From NCBI GenBank assembly GCA_946407495.1, contig CAMJOB010000003.1, positions 1 to 63,129 on the forward strand: a stretch of DNA of 63,129 nt. The letters are read 5' to 3'. Every line of letters begins with the position of its first letter. Position 1 is the stretch's first letter. Positions 49,530-59,833 of the stretch are shown here, in pieces. This DNA is from an uncultured Bacillota bacterium. Lineage in GTDB: Bacteria > Bacillota_I > Bacilli_A > RF39 > UBA660. The translations under genes and the position numbers were made by a program. The notes beneath the pieces are model-generated. The model did no database searches. It saw nothing but the letters and a program-made list of their open reading frames with translations, and had not been told where the DNA came from.

Positions 49530-49753
49530 TGGATTTATATACGATTCATTATATTAAGACTCATGAATTAATATATAAATATCTACGTGAGGATTCACAT
49601 TGGTATAGATACTTACATAGAGATTCGAAATATATAAAAGTAGTAGAGGAAGAAGCTAAGAAATATTTTAAAGTTACTAGTGAAGATAAAATTAAACAGT
49701 TATCTGATAGGATAGAGATGATTTCGCAATTTCTTCATATTCTAAATGGGTAA
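49529..49753 (+). CDS. ylbE: YlbE-like protein
   Basis: YIKTHELIYKYLREDSHWYRYLHRDS parallels the YlbE pattern (YI..N.EL..FIRE.P.WYR.LSR). ATGA-type start overlap with the upstream gene. Confidence 0.6.
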   Translation: MDLYTIHYIKTHELIYKYLREDSHWYRYLHRDSKYIKVVEEEAKKYFKVTSEDKIKQLSDRIEMISQFLHILNG

Positions 49754-49773
49754 TTTTATGTTATGATAAGGAC

Positions 49774-50058
49774 ATGGAAGAGTTATTAGACAAAGTTGAA
49801 CAATTAAAGAGTGAATTAGATAGGAACGAACATGTGGTACGTATTAAGGAACTTAATAAGGAACTTAAGAAAGATACTGAATTAATGGGACTAATTGATG
49901 AGTATCGAATTCATCCTAGTGAGGAATTAAAGATGCGTATTTATAGTAATCCTATATTTGCTGAATATAAAGTAGAGGAGAATGAGATTAATTTTCTTAT
50001 TCTTTCTATTCGTAGTGAATTAAAAAATATAAAAGGAAGTAAGGGATGTTCTAGATGA
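49774..50058 (+). CDS. YlbF/YmcA-family protein (short form)
   Basis: Helical protein with a LIDEY pattern and a C-terminal Cys. Its position matches ylbF in the B. subtilis gene order. Confidence 0.45.
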   Translation: MEELLDKVEQLKSELDRNEHVVRIKELNKELKKDTELMGLIDEYRIHPSEELKMRIYSNPIFAEYKVEENEINFLILSIRSELKNIKGSKGCSR

Positions 50059-50600
50059 AAGTAATTAGTGGTAAATATAAAGGTAGAAATATACAAGGAT
50101 ATGATATTGATGGGACTAGACCTACAATGGATAGAGTAAAAGAATCGTTATTCGCAATGATTCAAAATTATATTCCAGAAGCTACTGTGTTAGATTTATT
50201 TTCTGGTAGTGGTAATCTTGGAATAGAAGCTTTATCTGAAGGTGCTAAATATGCTTATTTAGTAGATAAGAATCATAAGGCTTGTTCTGTTATTAAAAAT
50301 AATTTAAGTACTATCGGTATTAATGATGCGGATGTATTAAATATGGATTTTAAGATGGCAATTAAGTATTTATATGAGAAGAATATTAAGATAGATATTT
50401 TATTTTTAGATCCTCCATATAAAACTAATTTTATAGAAGAGAGTATTGCTTTACTTAAAGATTATCCTATTTTAAATAAAGATGGAATAATTGTATGTGA
50501 GAATGAAAGTTTGGATAGAATTGTTTATCCTTCTAATTTTTCATGTGTTAAGGATAAGAAATATGGTGACAAATATGTAGTCATTCTAAAAGAATTATGA
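50055..50600 (+). CDS. rsmD: 16S rRNA (guanine966-N2)-methyltransferase
   Basis: RPTMDRVKESLF, LDLFSGSGNLGIEALS, and DPPY motifs. Confidence 0.9.
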   Translation: MKVISGKYKGRNIQGYDIDGTRPTMDRVKESLFAMIQNYIPEATVLDLFSGSGNLGIEALSEGAKYAYLVDKNHKACSVIKNNLSTIGINDADVLNMDFKMAIKYLYEKNIKIDILFLDPPYKTNFIEESIALLKDYPILNKDGIIVCENESLDRIVYPSNFSCVKDKKYGDKYVVILKEL

Positions 50601-50631
50601 TAAAATTACTTTTAGAATAGGTGAAGAGTTT

Positions 50632-52539
50632 ATGAGAAGATTGGATAATAGGGGATTTGCATTTTCTACTATATTATATGGTCTTATGCTTTTAGGTATT
50701 ATGATCATATTTGTTATTATGAGTACAATGCAAACTAATAGACAAACTAATAAAGATTTTGTAAAAAAGATTGAAGATGAATTAAACCGTTTTAGTTTAA
50801 CTAATACAAATCTTTCTTCTAGTGGTACTAATACAGATTCTCAAGAATATATTGTTCCAATTGGTGAGTCTGGTTGGTATAAGATTGAACTTTGGGGTGC
50901 TGCTGGTGGTGGCTCTGGTACTGGTGGTTTTGGAGCTTATACTTCTGGTTTAATTTGGTTAGAAGAAAATAGACACTTATATTTTTATATCGGTAATCAA
51001 GGAAATTGTTCTTCTGCTATAGGTACTGCTTCACAATTATTTAATGGTGCAGGTAGTAGAGGTTCAACCGCAAATAGTTGTTTTGGTGGCGGAGCTACTG
51101 ATGTTCGTTTACGTGATGGTGCTTGGAATGAAAATTTAGATTATCGTATTATGGTTGCTGCCGGTGGAGGTGGAGGTTCTAACGCTTCTTCTTCAAGAGG
51201 TGGTCCAGGTGGTGGTATGGTAGGCTATCCTGGTAGAAACAATAGTACATATGGACCTGATGCTGGTTATTCATTCTTTGGAGTTGGTCAAAATGCTGGT
51301 TCTGGTAACTTTGGTGGTGGCGGAGGCGGCTACTGGGGTGGTGCTGCTGGTAATGCTGATAAAGTTGCTGGTGGTAGTGGATCATCATATATCGCTGGAT
51401 ATGCAGGTACTAAATCGCAAGGACAAGCAGCTGGTCCAAATTATGCACTTAATAGGAAAGCTGAAGTAGAACATACTTTATCTGAAGCATCAAAAGCTTC
51501 ACATACTTATGATGTTGGAGATTTAAATGCTTATTTTGTACATGGATTAATGCTTCCAGGAGTTAATAATTCTAGTGGTAAAGCTAAAATAACAAAGATT
51601 TCTTCTGGAGATAGAAATTCTCCACCAGCTGCATATAATGATGCTTTCTCTAAAAAAGTTACTAAAATTAAAGATTGTTATAATTCTTTTGTTTCTCCTA
51701 CTACTAAACGTAGTTCTGAGATTCAAGTTATGTATAGAGGAGTTAATTATTTATATAATTCAGGTGATGTTAATCGTAATGGTGAAATAAATGATACTAC
51801 TACTTCTAGTGGTTGTATGGAATATAACTTAAATTCAACTACTTATATTGATGAAATAGGTGTATGGCATGAAGGACGTACAAACAAAGATAATAATAAG
51901 AGCCATGTTACTAATCATACTATTTTATTAACATATGAAGATGGTTCTACTAGATATATTGCTTCTAGTAGTACAAATGAATTTAATGAAACTAGTGTAG
52001 GGTTACATTATAGTGCTTGGGATCCATCTCCTGATCCTGATCCTTCTCATGATTCTATTATTGCGGATGGTGTTTATTATATTCAATCTGCTTTAGGTGA
52101 TGTTCATTTCTTAACTAAGACTGCAGATGGAACTGTTAAACTCAGAGTATTTACAGGTGATAATAATCAAAAATGGTCTATTAATGGTATAGGTGGAGGA
52201 TTCTATAAAATATCATCATTAAATGATTTAAATAATTCTAATACACTTCAAATTGCGGATGGTGCTGAATATAGTGGTAGTGATATTAATATTGCTGAAT
52301 TTGTTGGTGGCCGTGTTGGTGGATTTGAATGGGAAAAATGGAAATTTAAAAATGGTGGTAGTGGTACATTCTATATAGTATCTGGATTTAATACTAGATT
52401 AGCAGCTAGTGATGCATCTTATGCTAGTATCTTAGATTCTAGTTATAATACTACTAAGTCATTAAAATCATTGGCAGCCTCTGGTTCTGGATATCAAAAT
52501 AACGCTCAACGTTTTAAATTAATTAATGCAACATATTAA
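50632..52539 (+). CDS. modular surface protein: pseudopilin-like N-terminal anchor, glycine-rich domain (ALK/LTK-type, Gly_rich family), middle beta-rich domain, ricin-B/beta-trefoil lectin
   Basis: N-terminus MRRLDNRGFAFSTILYGLMLLGIMIIFVIM. Gly-rich domain motifs: WGAAGGGSG, GGGATDVR, AAGGGGGS, GGGGGGYWGG and GGSGSSYIAGYAG. Linker DPSPDPDPS. Three QxW-like repeats (QKW, EKW, QRF). Confidence 0.75.
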   Translation: MRRLDNRGFAFSTILYGLMLLGIMIIFVIMSTMQTNRQTNKDFVKKIEDELNRFSLTNTNLSSSGTNTDSQEYIVPIGESGWYKIELWGAAGGGSGTGGFGAYTSGLIWLEENRHLYFYIGNQGNCSSAIGTASQLFNGAGSRGSTANSCFGGGATDVRLRDGAWNENLDYRIMVAAGGGGGSNASSSRGGPGGGMVGYPGRNNSTYGPDAGYSFFGVGQNAGSGNFGGGGGGYWGGAAGNADKVAGGSGSSYIAGYAGTKSQGQAAGPNYALNRKAEVEHTLSEASKASHTYDVGDLNAYFVHGLMLPGVNNSSGKAKITKISSGDRNSPPAAYNDAFSKKVTKIKDCYNSFVSPTTKRSSEIQVMYRGVNYLYNSGDVNRNGEINDTTTSSGCMEYNLNSTTYIDEIGVWHEGRTNKDNNKSHVTNHTILLTYEDGSTRYIASSSTNEFNETSVGLHYSAWDPSPDPDPSHDSIIADGVYYIQSALGDVHFLTKTADGTVKLRVFTGDNNQKWSINGIGGGFYKISSLNDLNNSNTLQIADGAEYSGSDINIAEFVGGRVGGFEWEKWKFKNGGSGTFYIVSGFNTRLAASDASYASILDSSYNTTKSLKSLAASGSGYQNNAQRFKLINATY

Positions 52540-52540
52540 A

Positions 52541-52570
52541 AAAATATAGTATTTTTACTATATTTTTTCT
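52541..52570 (+). terminator. rho-independent terminator
   Basis: 11-bp stem AAAATATAGTA/TACTATATTTT followed by TTCT. Confidence 0.7.
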
Positions 52571-52583
52571 TTTTATTTTTTTA

Positions 52584-52610
52584 TTAGCACAAATAGTTGA
52601 CAAGTGCTAA
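52584..52610. promoter_or_regulatory. CIRCE operator 1 (HrcA binding site), overlapping the -35 box
   Basis: TTAGCACAA-N9-AAGTGCTAA, against the consensus TTAGCACTC-N9-GAGTGCTAA. Confidence 0.85.
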
Positions 52611-52625
52611 AAAGAGTAATAGAAT
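52597..52625 (+). promoter_or_regulatory. sigma-A promoter of the hrcA operon
   Basis: TTGACA, 17-nt spacer, TAGAAT. Confidence 0.65.
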
Positions 52626-52629
52626 ATTA

Positions 52630-52656
52630 TTAGCACTTGAATAAAATAAGTGCTAG
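52630..52656. promoter_or_regulatory. CIRCE operator 2, in the 5' UTR next to the RBS
   Basis: TTAGCACTT-N9-AAGTGCTAG. Confidence 0.8.
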
Positions 52657-52668
52657 GAGGTTGATGTT

Positions 52669-53658
52669 ATGTTGACTGAAAGACAAAGTAAAATTTTAAA
52701 ATACATCGTTGAGAAATACATTAAAGAACCTGTACCTGTTGGTTCTAAAATCTTATCGAAAGTTTTAAAATGCTCCAGTGCAACAGTTCGTAATGAAATG
52801 TCTGCTTTGGAAGACTTAGGATTACTTGAAAAGACTCATACATCTTCAGGTAGAGTTCCTAGTGAAGCTGGTTATCGTTTCTACGTAGATAACTTAATGG
52901 AACTTAAGAAAATGAATGCTGAAGATATGATGAGACTACAAATTGTCTTCAAGAATCAACAACTTGCCTTATCAGATACTATTGCTCAAAGTTTGCAAAT
53001 TATATCTGATATGACCAATTATACTACCGTAGTATTAGGTGGTAATTCTCATGAGAACCTTTTAAAACAAATAGAAGTAGTTCCTATTGATGAAGAAAGT
53101 ATGGTAGTCGTTATTGTTACTGATAAAGGTCATGTAGAACATAAGAGTATTAAGTTACAAGATGTATCTACTGAAGAAGTAAAGAAGACTGTAAGTTTAA
53201 TCAATAATCTTATATCTGGAACTCCAATTGATGAAGTTAGTGCGAAATTAGAGTTCGAAATTAAACCTATTATAGGAAACTATGTAAAACAACATGAGCA
53301 ACTATACAACGCTTTCTATCATGTATTTAATGATTATTCTTCTCATGATGTTAATGTTATGGGTAGAACAAAGATGTTAGAACAACCTGAGTTCTCTAAT
53401 AATATTGAGAAAATTAAAAATGTCTTTAATAAATTAGAAGATAAAGACATACTTAATAGTATTGAAGAAGATGGAGATAATAACATTAAAGTATACATCG
53501 GAGGAGAAAGTAAGATCGATGATGATGTAACGGTTATTAAGACTCGTTTCAAGAATGGAAATGAAGAGGGTACAATAGCAATTATTGGACCTAAGAGAAT
53601 GGAATATGACCGAGTTGTCGGAATGTTAGAGTACATGAAAGAGAATATTGAAAGGTAG
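52669..53658 (+). CDS. hrcA: heat-inducible transcription repressor HrcA
   Basis: MLTERQSKILKYIVEKY...PVGSK N-terminus. First gene of the dnaK operon, downstream of CIRCE. Confidence 0.95.
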   Translation: MLTERQSKILKYIVEKYIKEPVPVGSKILSKVLKCSSATVRNEMSALEDLGLLEKTHTSSGRVPSEAGYRFYVDNLMELKKMNAEDMMRLQIVFKNQQLALSDTIAQSLQIISDMTNYTTVVLGGNSHENLLKQIEVVPIDEESMVVVIVTDKGHVEHKSIKLQDVSTEEVKKTVSLINNLISGTPIDEVSAKLEFEIKPIIGNYVKQHEQLYNAFYHVFNDYSSHDVNVMGRTKMLEQPEFSNNIEKIKNVFNKLEDKDILNSIEEDGDNNIKVYIGGESKIDDDVTVIKTRFKNGNEEGTIAIIGPKRMEYDRVVGMLEYMKENIER

Positions 53659-53664
53659 GTCGTT

Positions 53665-54225
53665 ATGAAAAAGAAACAAGTCGTAGAAGAACTACAAGAA
53701 GAAAAAGTAGTTGAGCAACCACAAGAAGTTGCTGAAGATAAAAAGAATGAAGCAATGACTGATTTAGAAAATCAAATGCTTGCTTTAGAAGAAGAGAATA
53801 AAAAACTTGTAGATCAATTAAAAAGATCTCAAGCTGAACTTATTAATTATAGAACACGTAAGGATAAAGAGGTTGCTGATTTATTAAAGTACTCTAATCA
53901 AAAATTGATTACGGATTTAATACCTATAATTGATAATTTTGAAAGAGCTATTAAGTTAGACGATAATAATCTTACTGATGAGTTAAGTAAATTCTTAGTA
54001 GGATTTAAAATGATATATTCATCTTTAGCATCTACATTAAAAAATTATGGTGTTGAAGAAATTTCTAGACAAGGTGAAATATTTGATCCTAGTCAAGAAC
54101 AAGCTCTTCTTACTGATTGTGTAGAAGAGATGGAAAACGAAGCTGTTATTGAAGTATTACAAAAGGGTTATAAATTATATGATCGTGTAATTCGTGCAGC
54201 AAGCGTTAAAGTAAATCAAAAATAA
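53665..54225 (+). CDS. grpE: nucleotide exchange factor GrpE
   Basis: AELINYRTR, IIDNFERA, and FDPSQEQA motifs. Confidence 0.93.
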   Translation: MKKKQVVEELQEEKVVEQPQEVAEDKKNEAMTDLENQMLALEEENKKLVDQLKRSQAELINYRTRKDKEVADLLKYSNQKLITDLIPIIDNFERAIKLDDNNLTDELSKFLVGFKMIYSSLASTLKNYGVEEISRQGEIFDPSQEQALLTDCVEEMENEAVIEVLQKGYKLYDRVIRAASVKVNQK

Positions 54226-54236
54226 AGGAGAGATAA

Positions 54237-56072
<1,836 letters not shown>

Positions 56073-56127
56073 GAATGAAAGTAGCCCATTTGGACTACTT
56101 CATTCCTGTATAAAGAGGTGATGTGCT

Positions 56128-57282
56128 ATGGCAACAAAGCGTGATTATTATGAAGTCTTAGGTGTTGATAAGAATGCCTCTGATCAAGATATTAAAAGTG
56201 CATTTCGTAAAAAAGCTAAAGAGTTCCATCCAGATTTAAATAAAGATAATCCAGATGCAGCAGAAAAGTTTAAAGAAGCACAAGAAGCATATTCCGTTTT
56301 ATCTGATGAGAATAAGCGTAAGATGTATGATCAATATGGTCATGCAGGAGTAGGTGCTGGAGGTCCTGGAGGAGCCGGTGGATACGGTGGATTCCAAGGT
56401 GGTTTTGATGCTGGGGACTTTGATTTTGGCGATATCTTCGATTCTATCTTTGGTGGTGGATTTGGAGGAGGTTTCTCTAACTTTGGTGGTGGAGGAAGTT
56501 CTCGTAGTAGAAGTGCTCGTGGTAATGACGTACTTATGCGTATGGATATTACATTTGATGAAGCTATTTATGGATGCGAGAAGAAATTCAACGTTGATGT
56601 AGTTGAAGAGTGTGATAGTTGTCGTGGTGCTGGTGGATTTGATAGTGAGACTTGTTCTAACTGTCATGGATCTGGTACAGTTACTACACAACAAAATACA
56701 ATTCTTGGTTCATTTATGTCTAAAACTACTTGTCCAGAATGTAATGGAAAAGGTAGGACATTTAAGAAAAAATGTAGCGAATGTAATGGAAAAGGACGTA
56801 TTAAGAAGAATAAACGTTTAACAATTAATATTCCTGCTGGTATTAATACTGGAGACAGACAACGTGTTAGTGGAAAAGGTGGTCCAGGTGTTAATGGCGG
56901 AGAAAATGGAGATTTATATTTAGAATTTGTCGTAGGAGAACATAAATACTTTATCCGTGATAATGATGATATTTATTTGGAAGTTCCAATTAATATGATT
57001 GATGCTATTACAGGATGTAAGAAAGAGATACCTACACTATATGGAAACGTTAAGATTAATATTCCTGCTGGTACTGATAGTGGTGATAAACAACGTATTC
57101 GTGGTAAAGGTGTAGATAATAAATATAATCGTCATAAAGGTGATATGTTTATTGTATTTAAAGTTTATACTCCTAAGAAGATTAGTAAAGATCAAAAGAA
57201 ACTTATTGATCAATTATCTAAAACTGATTTTGATACGACAGAAATATCTAATTTTGATAAATTTGTTAAAAATAATGATTAG
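56128..57282 (+). CDS. dnaJ: co-chaperone DnaJ
   Basis: J domain (YYEVLGV, HPD), a G/F region, and four CxxCxGxG zinc motifs. Confidence 0.97.
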   Translation: MATKRDYYEVLGVDKNASDQDIKSAFRKKAKEFHPDLNKDNPDAAEKFKEAQEAYSVLSDENKRKMYDQYGHAGVGAGGPGGAGGYGGFQGGFDAGDFDFGDIFDSIFGGGFGGGFSNFGGGGSSRSRSARGNDVLMRMDITFDEAIYGCEKKFNVDVVEECDSCRGAGGFDSETCSNCHGSGTVTTQQNTILGSFMSKTTCPECNGKGRTFKKKCSECNGKGRIKKNKRLTINIPAGINTGDRQRVSGKGGPGVNGGENGDLYLEFVVGEHKYFIRDNDDIYLEVPINMIDAITGCKKEIPTLYGNVKINIPAGTDSGDKQRIRGKGVDNKYNRHKGDMFIVFKVYTPKKISKDQKKLIDQLSKTDFDTTEISNFDKFVKNND

Positions 57283-57346
57283 AGAAGTAAAACTTCTCTT
57301 TTCTTTTTTTTATTGATAGGTTATAATGATAATAGAGGTGAAGAGT

Positions 57347-57562
57347 ATGGCAAAGAAAACAGATAGTAAAACTAAGAAAAACACTTTAATTCAAGAACAA
57401 AATAAAAGTTTATTTATTATTTGTGGTGTGATTATTGCGGTTATTGCTTTAGTTGGTATTCTTACATTAGTTACTAATAACTCTAATGATAAAGCTAAAG
57501 TAAATGATCAAGATGGGGTAGTTGACGATTTAGGAGCTTTTAAAGGTAAAACAAAAAAATAA
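57347..57562 (+). CDS. small membrane protein (71 aa)
   Basis: ATG after GAGGTGA, one TM (LFIICGVIIAVIALVGILTLV), terminator downstream. Confidence 0.4.
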   Translation: MAKKTDSKTKKNTLIQEQNKSLFIICGVIIAVIALVGILTLVTNNSNDKAKVNDQDGVVDDLGAFKGKTKK

Positions 57563-57646
57563 ATACGTTTCATACGTATTTTTTTTATGTTGCTTTAGTT
57601 AATCTTTGCATGTTAAAATGATTTTGGTAATGATAAGGAGGATTTT

Positions 57647-58504
57647 ATGAATAAAGGTACTAAGGGTGATCAATATACCAAAGAAATTATTGAGAGAATA
57701 TTAGAAGAGGGTTGTTTAGATAAAAATCCACGTCCTAAGTATAGTGATGGAGTTCCTGCTCATACTTATAGTTATAATCATGGTATGTGTTCTTATGATT
57801 TAAGTAAAGGTGAATTTCCATTAATTACTTTAAGACCAATTGCAGTAAGTAAGAGTATTGGTGAATTACTTTGGATTTATCAAGATGAATCTAATAATCT
57901 TGATCGTTTAGCTGAATATGGAGTTACATGGTGGGATGAATGGGATTTAGGTGATAGAACTATTGGTGCTTGTTATGGTGAAACAGTTCGTCGTCATCAC
58001 TTAATGAAAGATTTACTTGAAGGTATTAAGAATGATCCTGATGGAAGAAGACATATTATTAATATGTGGCAAGTAGATGATTTTAAAGAACCTCATGGTT
58101 TAAAACCTTGTGCATTTATGACAGTATGGAATGTACGTCATGGTAAAGATGGAGTAGATTACTTAGATATGTGTTTATTCCAAAGAAGTAGTGACTTCTT
58201 AACTGCAGGATGTATTAATCAAACTCAATATGTAATACTTCAACATTTAGTTGCTAGACATACAGGATACACTCCTGGTAAATTTACATGGTTCTATGAT
58301 AATATTCAAATTTATGATAGACATATGGATCAAGCTCATGAAATGCTTAAGAGAGAGCCAATTGATTGTTCTCCAAGAGTAGAGATTAATCCAGATAAGA
58401 CAAACTTCTATGATATGAGACCAGAAGATATTAAAATCGTTGGTTATCCATTAAAAGAAATAAAAGAAAAAAATCCTCAATTAAAATTTGACTTAGGTAT
58501 TTAA
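57647..58504 (+). CDS. thyA: thymidylate synthase (B. subtilis ThyA-like subtype)
   Basis: Catalytic LKPCAFMTVWNV and QRSSDFLTAG. Adjacent to folA. Confidence 0.92.
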   Translation: MNKGTKGDQYTKEIIERILEEGCLDKNPRPKYSDGVPAHTYSYNHGMCSYDLSKGEFPLITLRPIAVSKSIGELLWIYQDESNNLDRLAEYGVTWWDEWDLGDRTIGACYGETVRRHHLMKDLLEGIKNDPDGRRHIINMWQVDDFKEPHGLKPCAFMTVWNVRHGKDGVDYLDMCLFQRSSDFLTAGCINQTQYVILQHLVARHTGYTPGKFTWFYDNIQIYDRHMDQAHEMLKREPIDCSPRVEINPDKTNFYDMRPEDIKIVGYPLKEIKEKNPQLKFDLGI

Positions 58505-58505
58505 T

Positions 58506-58994
58506 ATGAAAAATGTTACTATGATTGCGGCGATTGGTAAAAACCGTGAACTAGGTAAGAATAATGATTTAATTTGGCATTTACCAGAAGATTTAAAATT
58601 CTTTAAAGAACATACTACTGGTAAAGATATAGTAATGGGAAGAAATACATTAAACTCTTTACCTAGAAAACTTAAAGATCGTCATTATGTTATATTAACT
58701 AGTCATAATTTAGATGCGGAAGAGGATTGGACTATTGTTCATTCTGTAGATGAATTATTACAATATATTAAATCTCGTGATGAAGAAGTTATGATTATTG
58801 GGGGAGCTTCTTTATATAAACAAATGATTCCTTATGCGGAGAAGATGTATCTAACAGAAATTGATGCGGAAGATAAAGATGCGGATGCATATTTTCCAGA
58901 GTTTTCTTTAGATGATTGGGATAGTACTATTTTATGTACTCATGAGACTGAAGATAAGGTGTTATATAAGCATTTAGAATATCGTAGAAAATAA
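58506..58994 (+). CDS. folA: dihydrofolate reductase
   Basis: MIAAIGKNRELGKNNDLIWHLPEDLKFFK, GRNT, and IGGASLY. Confidence 0.93.
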   Translation: MKNVTMIAAIGKNRELGKNNDLIWHLPEDLKFFKEHTTGKDIVMGRNTLNSLPRKLKDRHYVILTSHNLDAEEDWTIVHSVDELLQYIKSRDEEVMIIGGASLYKQMIPYAEKMYLTEIDAEDKDADAYFPEFSLDDWDSTILCTHETEDKVLYKHLEYRRK

Positions 58995-59068
58995 AAAGAC
59001 CTATGGGTCTTTTTTTATTGTTATTTGAGATAAAAAGTGTTATTATTTAGTTAGAAGGAGTGGATAGA

Positions 59069-59800
59069 ATGGATAGAGTAGAACTAAAGAATTGGGCAAA
59101 GGAGAAAATTAAAGGAAATATTTGGAAATTATTACCTGCTATTTTAGTTGGTGGCATTATTTCAAATCTTTCATATAGTAAGACTGTTGTTGATGGAAGT
59201 ACTGTTCAAACAACTACTTATACTTTTGGTTTCTTATTCTTCTTTATTGAAGTTGGTTTAGCTTATTTTATGATAAACTTTATCACAGATAAAGAATATA
59301 AGTTTAATGATATCTTTGCTTATTCTAAAGACTTTGGTAAGTTACTATGCGTTGGTATCGTAAGAGCAATCTTCATTGTATTATGGGCATTATTATTAAT
59401 TGTTCCTGGTATTATTAAAGCATTTGCTTATGCTTTAACACCAATTTTATGTACTGAAGATAAATACAGAGATCTTGGCGTTACTGAAATCCTAAAGAAA
59501 TCTGAAGAAATGATGAATGGTCATAAAATGGACTATTTCGTATTATGCTTAAGTTTCTTAGGATGGATTATTTTAACACCATTTACTTTAGGAATTCTTT
59601 TAATCTGGCTAGCACCTTATATGGAAACTGCTACTACTAAATTCCTATACGATGTTAAATGCGAATACGAAGCAGCAAATGGTGAAGCTAAAGTTGAAAC
59701 TACTAACAGTGAATTTAAGGCTAATAAGTGCCCTAAATGTGGTGCTAAATTAGAAGCTGATGATAAGTTCTGTACAGCTTGCGGCGAGAAGGTTGAATAA
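59069..59800 (+). CDS. DUF975-like integral membrane protein with C-terminal zinc-ribbon
   Basis: Four or five TM helices, LRxxxKxxLKGNxW-type N-terminus, and C-terminal CPKCG...CTACG. Confidence 0.6.
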   Translation: MDRVELKNWAKEKIKGNIWKLLPAILVGGIISNLSYSKTVVDGSTVQTTTYTFGFLFFFIEVGLAYFMINFITDKEYKFNDIFAYSKDFGKLLCVGIVRAIFIVLWALLLIVPGIIKAFAYALTPILCTEDKYRDLGVTEILKKSEEMMNGHKMDYFVLCLSFLGWIILTPFTLGILLIWLAPYMETATTKFLYDVKCEYEAANGEAKVETTNSEFKANKCPKCGAKLEADDKFCTACGEKVE

Positions 59801-59833
59801 AAAAAATAGTGGGTAACCACTATTTTTTTTGTC

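Noticed and set aside
50632-50736. Treating the N-terminus of the glycine-rich protein as a definite type IV pilin signal.
   Set aside because: It lacks the canonical Glu at +5 and the GFTLxE pattern, so it could be a plain signal anchor. The idea is kept only as a hypothesis within the finding, not as a feature call.
51179-51469. Overlapping 69-aa (-) and 72-aa (+) ORFs inside the glycine-rich domain region.
   Set aside because: They are artefacts of repetitive GGT/GCT codons that keep alternative frames open. The main frame gives a coherent 635-aa domain protein.
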